This document shows positions 8,993 through 19,824 of a stretch of 56,756 bases of DNA, one piece after another. The stretch comes from a virus (Duplodnaviria; Caudoviricetes), in the IMG/VR virus record IMGVR_UViG_3300049926_000118, positions 1-56,756 of that record, one strand, 5' to 3'. The notes below the pieces were generated by a model. It was not told the DNA's origin. It did no database searches and saw only the letters and a list, made by a program, of their open reading frames with translations. Every line of letters begins with the position of its first letter. Positions within the stretch are counted from its first letter, which is position 1. The position numbers and the translations under genes are program-made.

Positions 8993-10584
8993 TATCTACC
9001 ATCCCCCAGTCCTAATAAGAGCATGATCTGTCCCACTTCAAAGTTATCACTTGAGGAAAATTTTAGAGCTATATTGCGCCCTTGGGCTCTCGTATCAATT
9101 TTGTTCGTGGTATTTGTAAATGCTAGCTGTTGTTGCTGTATAGATGGACTTTGAGCATATTCTTTCGTTGAGATTGTAACGATAAAGTTAGCAGGACCAT
9201 CAGTCACGAAATCAGGCTCAATTCGCTGTATGTCAACCCATCTATTTACCAATTGAGCAGGCTGGCTTTGCTTTGAGAGCTTCGGAGGAAATGCCGTCCA
9301 AGAGAATAGAGGTGCTAAAAAATATGACGGTATAGGTTCGGTAACCGGAACGGCATTTACAATTCTTTCTTGAGCGGTATTAAACTCATGTCTCCATAGG
9401 TAATTTTGATTATCAGGATTAACCAGAGCAGTTCCATGCGTAGCCATAAATCCAAAATTATTAGAAAATGTACCAGCTTCTCTAGAGATAGGCGTATCGT
9501 ACCAAAAGTTTTCTCTCTTGTTGTAAACAATGGCTCTTGAATTGCCGGGAACGCCTTTTACAGGATAAAACCACCAAATTTCACCATATTTGGCATTTTT
9601 TACCCCGAATACTTGCTGTCTTCTGTCTAAGTCAAGATTATCAAAAAAGTAATTCTGATTTAGTCTATTCGGTAATTCGTCTACAATACCGTTGTACACA
9701 AAGAATCTATCTGTTCCGGGCCAAAAGAAAAAACCGTCATACTCAACCACGCATCGGCTAGATAAAATGGATGAGCCCGTAGAAATAGTCTCGGGCTTAA
9801 ATACCGTAGTTGCTTTACTATCAGGAGCAGGTCCGGTATTAGTTACACGAACTACAGAAGATAATGTCCAAAGCAATAAAGAAGGAACACTTGGACCACC
9901 TCGAATTGGACGACCAAAAATGATCTTATCCGAAGAGGCTGTAAAAATATTTACAGCAGGTAACTCAAATGGACTTTTTTCCGAGCTAAATTGAACAGTT
10001 CCATTAGAGCCAAATAAAAACATATAAGGTGACGCAAAACATAGATTGCCGTTGATTAACTGATTAAGTCCTACCATAGGAATCAGTTCGGCATTCACCT
10101 CATCTAGTGCTTTGTTAATTTCTTTCCGATAAAACTGGGCAGTAGTTGCTTGCTCATTTATATCTAAAGCATTACTAGTTTTCATGAATACGATATATGA
10201 TTTCGCAGGAGAACCAGGAGAAGCATCTCTCTGGATTGCATCTACAACAGTTTCTGTTTCCCACAAAGTATTTTTGCTGTCATGAATAGTCAGTAAGGGA
10301 TTTTGGGTTATAAGGTTTACATTTGAATCGGAACTAATTACCGCAAGCCCGGTGCTGTGACTCACAAAGGTTAAAACTTGAGTGTTCTGAGGGTTAGGAT
10401 AAATTTTTAAATTCGTCACGCCGGCAACACCACCTGTGTTTATCCCTTTCATACCTCCGATTTTTTTTATTTTATCCCGTTGGAATCTTACCCATTGAGC
10501 ATCGGTACAGTATGTCGATTGAAAAGTCGTGCCATCTCGCTGAACGCCTGAATTATAAATAAGAGGATATAAGGTAGCTGCCAT
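8992..10584 (-). CDS. Putative tail nozzle (P22 gp10 / tail tubular B-like)
   Basis: 530 aa beta-rich; GVQRDGT..., FFWPG..RFFVYNG, GEIWWFYP motifs; follows adaptor gene. Confidence 0.65.
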   Translation of the reverse strand: MAATLYPLIYNSGVQRDGTTFQSTYCTDAQWVRFQRDKIKKIGGMKGINTGGVAGVTNLKIYPNPQNTQVLTFVSHSTGLAVISSDSNVNLITQNPLLTIHDSKNTLWETETVVDAIQRDASPGSPAKSYIVFMKTSNALDINEQATTAQFYRKEINKALDEVNAELIPMVGLNQLINGNLCFASPYMFLFGSNGTVQFSSEKSPFELPAVNIFTASSDKIIFGRPIRGGPSVPSLLLWTLSSVVRVTNTGPAPDSKATTVFKPETISTGSSILSSRCVVEYDGFFFWPGTDRFFVYNGIVDELPNRLNQNYFFDNLDLDRRQQVFGVKNAKYGEIWWFYPVKGVPGNSRAIVYNKRENFWYDTPISREAGTFSNNFGFMATHGTALVNPDNQNYLWRHEFNTAQERIVNAVPVTEPIPSYFLAPLFSWTAFPPKLSKQSQPAQLVNRWVDIQRIEPDFVTDGPANFIVTISTKEYAQSPSIQQQQLAFTNTTNKIDTRAQGRNIALKFSSSDNFEVGQIMLLLGLGDGR

Positions 10585-11228
10585 CAGTCTTTATTCCTCT
10601 TGCTAGTTCTATCGGTATAACGACTAGTGGTATTTCCTAAAACTGCGTCAGCTTCTTCTTTGCAAATGCCTCGAAAGGTTGCAATACGCTCATCGTCTTT
10701 TAAATAAAGAGCTGCTTCGACAGCAGATTCGTACAAAAGCAAACGAGGATATCTATTAGCAATAAAATCCTGTTGGTTAGCTAAATTAAATTCTGGGAAT
10801 TTCAGATAAATTAATTCATATGGATAAGCTACAGCTGGGGTGGGGCTTAGAAAAATACGCCCTACTCCGGGTGTAGGCAAATCATAATCAGCATAAAATA
10901 TTGGATCACCCGTAACATTCTCGATTGGAGAATAAGTTTGACAGAACTCGTAACTCCTAGATAGAACATACACCCTAGTAGGAGTTGCTCCAGGAATCAC
11001 ATATGATAAACTAATAGTTTCTTGCCAGTCATCGGGTCTAGTAATAAAAGGCGAATTAACTGTAAAGGTAGGATTACCAGGCTGAAATACTTGAAAGCCA
11101 ATAGTCCTTGTTTTGCTATATATACTAAAAATAGCTCTAGTAATAAAATTAGGAATTTCTCCTATAAAAGAAGCATCATTCCTATTACAGAGAGATTGGA
11201 TTTGCGTTATAAGATCGGCATAATTCAT
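10584..11228 (-). CDS. Putative head-tail adaptor protein
   Basis: MNYADL...IQ....R.D...IP.FI..A, P.D, G.P.FYA, L.PTP...Y..EL.Y, YP.LLLY pattern. Confidence 0.65.
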   Translation of the reverse strand: MNYADLITQIQSLCNRNDASFIGEIPNFITRAIFSIYSKTRTIGFQVFQPGNPTFTVNSPFITRPDDWQETISLSYVIPGATPTRVYVLSRSYEFCQTYSPIENVTGDPIFYADYDLPTPGVGRIFLSPTPAVAYPYELIYLKFPEFNLANQQDFIANRYPRLLLYESAVEAALYLKDDERIATFRGICKEEADAVLGNTTSRYTDRTSKRNKD

Positions 11229-13406
11229 TTATTCGCCCTCCTTTTCTTGTCTACTAAAAGAGTAAGCGGTAGCTGGAATACCTATTTTTGTTAAAATAGA
11301 TTTTAAGCTCTCTTGAGTTTTGATACTGCCAACTGGAGTTAATAACGACTTAGCTATTTGTGGATCTAATAGCGCTTTTTCTAAGAGACTTATTATTTGT
11401 TGCTTCTCATATTTTTTTGTCATCTCAAATAACGGCGTTAAATATCTACCGCCGGGGATCTTGCTAGCAATTTTATTTGTAAGAGATTTTTTTATGGGAT
11501 TAGTAAGCCCTTCTAAAAGGGTAGTTTGAGATTGAGTGTTAGAACCAACTCCCCTACCCATCGTAGCAACCATATTACGTCTTTTTAAAACATCCTTTAC
11601 TTCATCTAGAACCTTTATTTGATCTTCATTAAAGATATATTTTAGTTTCTCTTTATTCTTCTTTAAGAAGTTATCTACCTTAGTATAAGAGAGACTAGAT
11701 TGTCCCGCAGCATTCACCGCCGAAAGCTCAGAACTATTTATTAGTTTATCAACTACCGAACCTCTTATTATATTTAGAGTTTTATTATCTGTGCCTATTT
11801 CCGAGATCAAGGCTTTAGTATCATTTACACTTCCTCGTAATATCATTTCCGGAATCTTTTCCGGAGAAGTTAGAAAATCATTATTATAGATATCCTTTTT
11901 TACAATTTTTTTAAGAAGTGGTTGTTTTTCAATGGCGTTTACAGGTTTTGATAACTTTGCATAAGCTTCTCTTGCAATTCTTTCTTCTGGAATTGCAGCC
12001 ATGTCTTTTAAAAGATTGGCTTTTGCTTCTGATAAAATATGAGCTACTTTTTTATTGCCAGAAGTTTTAGCAACATCAATTGTACCTGATATATCCTCAA
12101 GAGCCGAGATTATTTCAGGAGGAATAGGCTTATTTCCCATCCCTAATTCATTTCTAAGCTTTTCTTGGGTTTTAGGAGATAAATTTTTAAAATCTAATGC
12201 TTCCTTTCCCGCAATAGACAAAGTTGGATCTCCTTTAGAAGTGGATTTGCCTTTAACTACATTTTCAAGATAATTAAATGATTTAGCTATATTCCCTCGT
12301 GCAAATTTCCCTTTTTCCCGCAAGAAATTCTCGAAATTCGGAAGATCTACTCCTGTTCTCAAAGCATTTACTTCTTCATAAAGAGGAGTAGTAACATTAG
12401 ATCTAGTAGAAATTCTGTTTTGCAGTTCTTTGTCTAAATAATTTCTAATTGATTCCCCTTGTTGAGATGGTTCTAATCCTCTCTGAGGTGATAATTGATT
12501 TAATTCTTTTCTAAGGATATTTTCGGTGAGAGCTTCTTTTTCAGCAATAGCCGGAAAGTTAGGAGCTAAAGCTCGATGAAGACTTGAGATACCAGTATTA
12601 TTAGCTCTCTCCGCAGTTGTAAGATTCGCATTAAAAGGAGTTGGGGCATTTAGATTACCAAGTACTTTACCAATATTCTTTTCGCCTACCTTGTCTTTCA
12701 GAATATCGCCAGCAGCACTTCTAATTTTCTGTTCTTGACCAGCTTTAGTGAAATTATTCAATAAGTTACCGGCAACTTTCTTAGTATTTGATATTGCTCT
12801 TGAGCCGGTAGGTAAGGCAAATATGGAGAATAGATCAGCGGCTAAAGGATCGACTCCTCCTTCTTGCAAAACTCCGCTTGTACCACCTATTAAAGCCCCT
12901 TTACCAGCTGTATTAATAGCGGATAATGCCTTAGCTCCTTTTGAAGCTAACCCAAATGGACCAACTCCACCCGCAAATTCAGCTGCATTAGAAACGATTC
13001 TTTGTGCGGCAGTAGTTGGTCTAGGAGTTAGATCTATGCCTAATTTATTAGCTCCGGCATTTAGCCATTTTGATGGTCTATCAACATTTTCAGGACTGAA
13101 AAAATCATTTTCAGAGCCCATATCTATATTATTAGGTTTGCCCGCTTGTTCGCGTAAAAAACCTAATGTTTTTCTTCCTCCTCTTTCTACGGCATGTAAT
13201 AGATTAGCAGGCAAATCAGGGATAGAGGTCAGTCCTTGCAACGCAGATTTTCCTATGAGAGAACCCCATGAACTAAGATCGCCTAATGGATCCCACGAAT
13301 CACCTTCTTGGCTCTTTTTTTCAGGGGTTTCAATGGCATATTGTTCCCATTTACTAGGAGTAGTATTTTTTGATGGTTCAATGGCATATTGTTCCCATTT
13401 GCTCAT
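11229..13406 (-). CDS. Large putative ejection/internal virion protein
   Basis: 725 aa; N-terminal SKWEQYAIE x2, G/A-rich segment then long helical region. Confidence 0.55.
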   Translation of the reverse strand: MSKWEQYAIEPSKNTTPSKWEQYAIETPEKKSQEGDSWDPLGDLSSWGSLIGKSALQGLTSIPDLPANLLHAVERGGRKTLGFLREQAGKPNNIDMGSENDFFSPENVDRPSKWLNAGANKLGIDLTPRPTTAAQRIVSNAAEFAGGVGPFGLASKGAKALSAINTAGKGALIGGTSGVLQEGGVDPLAADLFSIFALPTGSRAISNTKKVAGNLLNNFTKAGQEQKIRSAAGDILKDKVGEKNIGKVLGNLNAPTPFNANLTTAERANNTGISSLHRALAPNFPAIAEKEALTENILRKELNQLSPQRGLEPSQQGESIRNYLDKELQNRISTRSNVTTPLYEEVNALRTGVDLPNFENFLREKGKFARGNIAKSFNYLENVVKGKSTSKGDPTLSIAGKEALDFKNLSPKTQEKLRNELGMGNKPIPPEIISALEDISGTIDVAKTSGNKKVAHILSEAKANLLKDMAAIPEERIAREAYAKLSKPVNAIEKQPLLKKIVKKDIYNNDFLTSPEKIPEMILRGSVNDTKALISEIGTDNKTLNIIRGSVVDKLINSSELSAVNAAGQSSLSYTKVDNFLKKNKEKLKYIFNEDQIKVLDEVKDVLKRRNMVATMGRGVGSNTQSQTTLLEGLTNPIKKSLTNKIASKIPGGRYLTPLFEMTKKYEKQQIISLLEKALLDPQIAKSLLTPVGSIKTQESLKSILTKIGIPATAYSFSRQEKEGE

Positions 13407-14602
13407 TACTTACCTACTATAGTAAGAGGTTCATCAGGATCATCCATAAATTCTTGCATTTTTTCTTTTGGAACACGGAATCTCCTACCATTAGCATTTT
13501 GCATTTCGACTACATCTATATTAGAAGTGTCTTGTGGAGATGTTTTTTGATCTAAGTTTTGTTGACCTTGAAGTTGTTTATTTTCCATTTCTTCTATATC
13601 AAGAGCCTCAATACTAAGCCCTAAATCAGAACTTAGTTTTGCTGCCTTATAGTAAAGATCCGACTCTTTCTTAATCTGTCTGACTTTTGTTTTTACAGTT
13701 TCGTAATCATCTGTTTTGATATCAGGAAAGAATGGCTTTAAGCGGTCATACATACCTTGACCCAATTTACCCCCTCCAGAAGTAAGAGCTTCCAAAGAAG
13801 TATTTAACCTCCCAAGTTGGGTAGATAAATTTTTTCTTGAGGCGGTTTCTTTTTGAAGAGATTCTTTTTTACCAAATTTACCAAAGAAGTCCTTAACTGG
13901 ATTAGCGATTTCTGAATAACCACCAATTGGTTGAAAAGAATTATCTTCTGTCAGTTTTTCTAATTCCTCCCAGGCTTTATCTATATTTTGAACTGCTAAA
14001 TATGTATTACTCGCCTTTTTTTTGTATGCGTTTGCTTGCCTTTGCTCTATTCCATCCAACTTGCGAAAATTTTGACCATTTAACTCCACAAGACCACTTT
14101 GACCTCTAGAGTTCGTCATCAAATCATGATAACGGCGTTGCTCTCCTAGTTGCCGTTCCGCATGTTGTCTATGCCAAGCTCTATCTTCTTCTTGAGCTTG
14201 TCGTGCTTGCTCAGCTTTCTGATAAGCTAATATTTGATTAGCGATTGCCTGATTTTCTGCCATGGCAGCATTTTCAGATTGGTCATAAGTTTTAAGAGCC
14301 GGCGATAAAGCGCGTCCTATCGATCCTAAATTGTTCAAAAACCCTTTTTCTTTAGGCATTTGTGACATACTATCGCCAAATGCTAGCAGAGAATTATTGA
14401 ATGCATTCTCTTGTTGCTGTTTGTTCATTCCAAGAGATTCCCTTGCGCTTGCAATAGCTTTTTGGATACCCGAATCAAAAGGGTTATAAGAATCTTGTCC
14501 GGGCTTCGGTGCTTGTGAACCTTGTTGAGATTGTTGCTGCATACCAGTCGTCTGATTTGACAACTGGTTATTTTGCAGATAATTCATTAGAGATGGGTTC
14601 AT
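13406..14602 (-). CDS. Putative ejection/internal virion protein
   Basis: 398 aa Q/N-rich coiled coil, overlaps next gene by 1 nt. Confidence 0.5.
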   Translation of the reverse strand: MNPSLMNYLQNNQLSNQTTGMQQQSQQGSQAPKPGQDSYNPFDSGIQKAIASARESLGMNKQQQENAFNNSLLAFGDSMSQMPKEKGFLNNLGSIGRALSPALKTYDQSENAAMAENQAIANQILAYQKAEQARQAQEEDRAWHRQHAERQLGEQRRYHDLMTNSRGQSGLVELNGQNFRKLDGIEQRQANAYKKKASNTYLAVQNIDKAWEELEKLTEDNSFQPIGGYSEIANPVKDFFGKFGKKESLQKETASRKNLSTQLGRLNTSLEALTSGGGKLGQGMYDRLKPFFPDIKTDDYETVKTKVRQIKKESDLYYKAAKLSSDLGLSIEALDIEEMENKQLQGQQNLDQKTSPQDTSNIDVVEMQNANGRRFRVPKEKMQEFMDDPDEPLTIVGK

Positions 14603-14610
14603 TTATCCCC

Positions 14611-15576
14611 CTAAAATGTAAACCAGGCCGTACCGGTTGAATACAACCTAGCAGAACCATAATTTGCAGTAATTGCTATAGTTGCAGCACCATCTATAGT
14701 CTCTGCCGCATTTCCATCAATAGTAATATTATTAGTATTTGCCCCTCCGCTTTCATCTTTGATTGTAAGAATTTGACCTACACTAGTATTTGCAACGGCT
14801 GGTAAAGTAATAGTACGGAGGGCAGCAGTACTGGTTACCCCGACAATAACGTCTGTAACTAAAACGGTATAATCCGCGGCAGTAGTAGTGCGCTTTAGAA
14901 CAAAACTATCATCTGTATTAACTCTTTGCCATACCCCATTACTTCTAACTCTTATAGCGTTAAGAACAGTATTAAAAAATACGAAACCTTCGACTTGGTT
15001 ACCAGCCTCAGCCTCAACATCATTCGCTCCCCTGGGTAGGGTAAGAGGTGAACCACTTGTAAGATCTGCACCAGTTGCTGTTAGAAGACTAGTATTAAGA
15101 GTTTCCCAGTTTGTAGATCTTCTGATTCTTATAACGTTTAAAGCTGTATTATAATAAATTTCTCCAACTGTACTGTTACCACTTGTCGGATCGGCTGCAA
15201 GAGATTGCATTATAAGATTTCCGTCCCGATTGATAGGCGAAGTATAAACAGAGACATAAGCTCCATTTACTCCGGTTGTAAGTCTATCAGTAGTTGAGTC
15301 ATAATAAATTGCCCCATTGACTACTGCTGGTGCATTTGCTGTAGTTAAAATAGGCGCATTAAGCGAAGTTGCAGCACCGGTAGCTAGATTAGTCCACGCC
15401 CCATTCTCATAAGCTTGAAAAGTATTAGTCGTAGTATTATAAATTACAAGTCCATTTCTTACGGTAGGGATTGCGTCTCTTTGAGCAGTCGTTAATTGAT
15501 CGACATAAAAGCCCTTTTCTTTATTTCGGGCATCTGATTTAATTTCTAAATTTGAAACACGTGTAATTGGTGCCAT
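14611..15576 (-). CDS. Fibre/spike-like virion protein
   Basis: Repeated G.I(Y/F)(Y/F)NT..N....Y..G.W units, T/A-rich; C-terminal TITLP....GQ...IKDE.G.A.TNNITI domain. Confidence 0.6.
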   Translation of the reverse strand: MAPITRVSNLEIKSDARNKEKGFYVDQLTTAQRDAIPTVRNGLVIYNTTTNTFQAYENGAWTNLATGAATSLNAPILTTANAPAVVNGAIYYDSTTDRLTTGVNGAYVSVYTSPINRDGNLIMQSLAADPTSGNSTVGEIYYNTALNVIRIRRSTNWETLNTSLLTATGADLTSGSPLTLPRGANDVEAEAGNQVEGFVFFNTVLNAIRVRSNGVWQRVNTDDSFVLKRTTTAADYTVLVTDVIVGVTSTAALRTITLPAVANTSVGQILTIKDESGGANTNNITIDGNAAETIDGAATIAITANYGSARLYSTGTAWFTF

Positions 15577-15664
15577 AAAAGCCTCTTAAATTTGTTAAAT
15601 TTCAAGATTCTTTCAGGATAAGAACTAGATAACCAAGGAACGATTTTAAGTTTCGTCGAAACTA
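15577..15664 (-). promoter_or_regulatory. Conserved leader element, copy 1 (candidate cis-regulatory RNA)
   Basis: Highly similar to 19825-19913; core (minus) TAGTTTCGACGAAACTTAAAATCGTTCCTTGGTTAT. Confidence 0.75.
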
Positions 15665-16057
15665 TTCTGTAGGCGGTGGTGGTACCGGTACTGGTAAATC
15701 ATTAAGCGTAATATAACTAATGTTACAATCAAATATTTGCGTGTAGCCGTTAGAGTAAATAGCTAAACTTTCACTTATAGATGGTACATCTTTATATTCT
15801 AAATGAAATTCACCGCATTCTTTTATTAAATCTCTTCGCTCATATGGCTCAAACGGAAATTGATTATCTTCATAAGTAATCGTTGTGATACCATCATTGC
15901 GAGTATTCTTTAAATTAACTAAAATTTTATCACTAGTTCTATTAGTTACTCTTAAACTAAGAACTATTATTGGGTGAGTATTTGCTGTTAAAAGAGTAGT
16001 TTCAACATCTTTTAGACCAGAAAATCTTTTAGGAAGATAATCAACAAATACTCCCAT
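15662..16057 (-). CDS. Small putative virion protein
   Basis: 131 aa beta-rich, GGAG-like context, inside structural operon. Confidence 0.55.
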   Translation of the reverse strand: MGVFVDYLPKRFSGLKDVETTLLTANTHPIIVLSLRVTNRTSDKILVNLKNTRNDGITTITYEDNQFPFEPYERRDLIKECGEFHLEYKDVPSISESLAIYSNGYTQIFDCNISYITLNDLPVPVPPPPTE

Positions 16058-16061
16058 TTCA

Positions 16062-16307
16062 CTACATTAAACTATTTTCATTAGCTTCATTTTTAAGCGG
16101 AATTATTCCCTTTATTTCTAAAGCACTTTGTCCGATTCTATCGCAAAGTCTATGTAAAAATTCGGTAGCATCAGCTGGCGCATTAGGACTAGAAACTTGC
16201 GGAAATAAATTTACTAAAGCTTGAGCATCAACTGCAAACTCATTAAAGCTTTTATTATTTTGATTCAGAGTGTCTTTTTGTTTTTGTAAAATCGCTTCGT
16301 AATCCAT
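16062..16307 (-). CDS. Hypothetical protein
   Basis: 81-aa ORF in operon orientation. Confidence 0.5.
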   Translation of the reverse strand: MDYEAILQKQKDTLNQNNKSFNEFAVDAQALVNLFPQVSSPNAPADATEFLHRLCDRIGQSALEIKGIIPLKNEANENSLM

Positions 16308-16382
16308 TATTCTCTCTTTCTTAGGTTAATATCTCATTAAATATAACATCTTTTTTTTATAAAGCATTTATTTTTTTAAAAT

Positions 16383-16628
16383 TTAGGATTGCGGCGGAGT
16401 CTCGTCAACTATAATCTCATCAAGAATTGCATTATTGCTTTCTAATTCAATTATACTAGCTTGATAAGCTGTTATTTGAGTTTCAAACTCTTCAATAGCA
16501 GCTGTGTAGTCGCTTATTAAAGTTTCATTATTTTCAATAGAATCATTTAAGCTACTTATCTGGTCTGTGATTTGTTGCTTTTGTGTGTTAAGTACTGCAA
16601 TTTTTTCTTCTGGTGTTGAGTTAGACAT
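16383..16628 (-). CDS. Acidic coiled-coil protein (possible fibre assembly helper)
   Basis: Clear heptad pattern, AAGGT RBS, directly after long fibre gene. Confidence 0.55.
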   Translation of the reverse strand: MSNSTPEEKIAVLNTQKQQITDQISSLNDSIENNETLISDYTAAIEEFETQITAYQASIIELESNNAILDEIIVDETPPQS

Positions 16629-16638
16629 ATTATTACCT

Positions 16639-19600
16639 TTAATTATTTATTTGTTGTTTTAATATTTTTATTTCATTGTTTAGTTCTTTTACCGCATTAA
16701 TTAGAGCGTATGTTAAAGCTGTCCCATCATACATGCGCATATCGGATATATCTCCCTTCTGTATTTTTTCAACAATACATTCAGGGAATATGTCTTCTAT
16801 CTCTTGGGCTATTATTCCGATATTTATTTTGGCTTTTTCGGATTCTGGATAACCACTTCTATCGTTATATTTAAATTTTCTTGTTTGAATTTGTATTATT
16901 TCAGCTAAACCATGTTCATAATCTCCCACTACATCTTTTATTCTTGCGTCAGAAAAAGCAACCCACCCACCCGCTCCAATTTTAGAGGCGTTAGCACTAT
17001 TAACAGTTAATAATTGATCTGGTGCTGCAGTGCCGATGCCGAGTCTGCCGTTGCCTTTTAACCGCATTAATTCATTTGAGGTTGTAGTAGAAGTTCCTGC
17101 GTAGAAAACAAAATTTTCTGTAGCATTTGATGCTACTTGAAATCTAAATATATTACCATTTACTCCTAGACCGGTAAATTGATGATCGTTACCAAATGAG
17201 TCATATAATACTATTTTTCTATTTGCGATAGTGTTGGCAAACTGAAGAGGAGCCTGGGGAGTCGAGGTGCCTATGCCTACAGATACTCCGGAACCTCCAA
17301 GTACCAGACAGTTGCTTGCTCCTACAGATGCTTGATATCCTATAGCTGTAGCATTGGTTAGATTATTTGCGGATGCATCTGCTTCGGCGCCTAAGAATAA
17401 ACAATTATTATATGTTGTCTGACTTGAACCGCTCCTAAGACCAAAGCATGAATTAAAACTACCTGAGGTAGCGAACTGCAAGCTACCACGACCAAAAGAA
17501 CTGTTCCCTGACCCAAGAGCCATAGAGTTAGCACTAAAGGAGCCGAAAGCACAGTTATCATCCCCGTTAACACTAGATTCAAGAGATTGAGCTCCAAATG
17601 AAGAATTCTCTAAACCTAAATTATTAGAGTATAAGCTTCGGTACCCAAATGAAGAATTATAATTAGCAGGACCTGAGTTGTTATAGAGCGATTGCACTCC
17701 AAATGCACTATTATAACTACCTAGAGTATTTAAAGCGAGCCCTAGAGCTCCAAAGGAGGAATTTGATATACCAGTAGTATTCTGGTTTAAAGAGGCGCTC
17801 CCTACGCCTGTATTATTACTACCATTTGTGAGTGATGCTAAACTATTTATCCCAACACCAGTATTCGATGTGCCTGTAAGAGTAAGATTCCCTGCTAAAG
17901 TACCAATAAAAAAATTATTAATGGCATTATCTAGTATTCTAGTAGGATTGCCTGGTGAATAATAATCAGTACCGGCTATACCAATAGTCAAAACACCAGT
18001 TGTAGTAGTATTCTTAAGTAATCCTGTAGCTAGACTACCAAGTATTTGAGCATTTGTTAATGTAGCATTTGCAGTTTGTATAATATATTTTGCAGCAGCC
18101 GGAGCTATCCCTGCACCTGAAATAGAAGTATCAACATAGTTTTTAGTAGCTGCATCTTGTGCTAATGTAGGATTAAGTAAATTAATGATCTTCTGACTAC
18201 CTAAACTAACACTAGCAGTAGGAGCAGCAAATTGATCCAATCTAAATGCTGTTACGGCGGAATTGAAATTAGTGATCTGAGAAGTTGTAATATTAGTTAA
18301 AGTAGTAGCAATTGTTGTTCCGAGCGCTCCACTACCTGTTACAGCCCCACTCACTGTAATTGTTCTAGTGTCAACATAGTTTTTAGTAGCTGCATCTTGT
18401 GCTAATGTAGGGTCAAGTAAACTAATGATCTTCTGGCTATTAAGATTAAGACTAGTAATCGGCGCAGCAAATTGGTCAAGTCTAAAAGCAGCAACAGCGG
18501 AATTAAAATTAGTAATTTGAGAAGTGGTTATATTAGTTAAAGTAGTAGCAATTGTTGTTCCCAAAGCTCCTGTTCCCGTGACTGCTCCGCTTAATGTAAT
18601 ACTTCTAGTATCGACATAATTCTTTGTAGCTGCTTGCTGAGCTGTTGTGGGATCGAGTAAATTGATAATGTTTTTGCTGTTTAGATCTAAATTAGCTACC
18701 GGAGCTTTAATTTGATCCAACGTCATATTTAAGGTAGTTGTGATAGGACTAGTAACTAATCCTGAGCCGGTTACATTTCCATTTAAAGTAATTGTAGCTG
18801 TTGGAATACCGCTAACTGCAGCATCTACATAAGCCTTAGTAGTAGCATTTGTTGAAGATAAAGGATCTGCAACCGTAAGAGTGTTATTAGTATTAAATAA
18901 AGCAAACTTACGCCAATTTGTACCATCATATCCATCGAATGTAGTAGTATCGGTATTAAATAATATCATACCGTTAGTACCGTCTATTCCGCTTACCATC
19001 TGTAAGGCATTTCTTTCGGCTGTCGTCAATCTAGAAAGAAGCAATGCGCCACTATCAGAATGTATTTCTAATAATGCAGATTCACTTGTAGAGTTCCCTA
19101 AACTTCCTATTTCACTGGTAAATACAGAACAGATTTGAGTATTATAAGGAAAAAACCTAACCGATGTTAATGTATCAACATAAATACTAGACACATCATT
19201 TATAAACCTAATATGCCCTAGATTCCCTATTTCATTAACTGTAGCATTGGAAGCTCCTAGAGCATTAGCGAATCTAAGTAATGGAGCGGGATTAGGAACT
19301 TGATTTATACTAACACCGCTATCTTTTATTACTTTTCCACCTCCGGCATCAAAAATAACGATATTATTTTCTATACCAGTACCTGTATTAGTAACTAAGT
19401 TATCTGTAACTAATGCACTTTCTTGTACATTTTTACCAACTCCGGTGAAAGCAAGTAACTTAGTTGCAGTTGCAGCTCCTGGCGCAATTACTACATTGTC
19501 TTTTGCAATTCCACTATCAGCTATTAGTGTTCCAGTATTATTGCCAAAACTAGTTAGATTATCTATAGCAGATACTATAGGACCAATTACATTGCCCCCC

Positions 19601-19824
19601 CCTGTTCCTACCGGAATTGGCTGCACCTTGTTTTGTACTACTGCTTCTAATTGATCGGTATCTATATTATACCATATTCCACCGTTTACTTTTGTAGTAG
19701 CCGGAATAACTGCAATTTGATTGGTATTAAGGGTAGGAACATAAAGTCCATTATTTGGATTACCAGAATTTTGAGCAGTCGTTACAGCTAAACTTGTAAA
19801 TCTAGTGATTGGTGGATTTGCCAT
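16639..19824 (-). CDS. Long tail fibre with C-terminal intramolecular chaperone (peptidase S74)
   Basis: FSDARIKD and IGIIAQEIEDIFPE motifs; ATK.YVD repeats; N.AFG..SL 14-aa repeats; GIGT..P motifs. Confidence 0.85.
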   Translation of the reverse strand: MANPPITRFTSLAVTTAQNSGNPNNGLYVPTLNTNQIAVIPATTKVNGGIWYNIDTDQLEAVVQNKVQPIPVGTGGGNVIGPIVSAIDNLTSFGNNTGTLIADSGIAKDNVVIAPGAATATKLLAFTGVGKNVQESALVTDNLVTNTGTGIENNIVIFDAGGGKVIKDSGVSINQVPNPAPLLRFANALGASNATVNEIGNLGHIRFINDVSSIYVDTLTSVRFFPYNTQICSVFTSEIGSLGNSTSESALLEIHSDSGALLLSRLTTAERNALQMVSGIDGTNGMILFNTDTTTFDGYDGTNWRKFALFNTNNTLTVADPLSSTNATTKAYVDAAVSGIPTATITLNGNVTGSGLVTSPITTTLNMTLDQIKAPVANLDLNSKNIINLLDPTTAQQAATKNYVDTRSITLSGAVTGTGALGTTIATTLTNITTSQITNFNSAVAAFRLDQFAAPITSLNLNSQKIISLLDPTLAQDAATKNYVDTRTITVSGAVTGSGALGTTIATTLTNITTSQITNFNSAVTAFRLDQFAAPTASVSLGSQKIINLLNPTLAQDAATKNYVDTSISGAGIAPAAAKYIIQTANATLTNAQILGSLATGLLKNTTTTGVLTIGIAGTDYYSPGNPTRILDNAINNFFIGTLAGNLTLTGTSNTGVGINSLASLTNGSNNTGVGSASLNQNTTGISNSSFGALGLALNTLGSYNSAFGVQSLYNNSGPANYNSSFGYRSLYSNNLGLENSSFGAQSLESSVNGDDNCAFGSFSANSMALGSGNSSFGRGSLQFATSGSFNSCFGLRSGSSQTTYNNCLFLGAEADASANNLTNATAIGYQASVGASNCLVLGGSGVSVGIGTSTPQAPLQFANTIANRKIVLYDSFGNDHQFTGLGVNGNIFRFQVASNATENFVFYAGTSTTTSNELMRLKGNGRLGIGTAAPDQLLTVNSANASKIGAGGWVAFSDARIKDVVGDYEHGLAEIIQIQTRKFKYNDRSGYPESEKAKINIGIIAQEIEDIFPECIVEKIQKGDISDMRMYDGTALTYALINAVKELNNEIKILKQQINN
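18131..18850 (-). repeat. About 80-aa (240-bp) tandem modules in tail fibre
   Basis: tcaacatagt/tcgacataat anchors at 18131, 18371, 18611; degenerate fourth near 18824. Confidence 0.85.

Noticed and set aside
12748-13422. 224-aa plus-strand ORF and similar antisense ORFs (e.g. 5166, 9692, 27551, 31384, 44491, 55650)
   Set aside because: Shadow frames of better-supported opposite-strand genes
15577-15664. Hammerhead ribozyme in the repeated leader
   Set aside because: GAAAC is present but there is no CUGANGA core in the copies
16639-19824. Diversity-generating retroelement or invertible fibre cassette
   Set aside because: No reverse transcriptase or invertase; repeats are in-frame tandem modules
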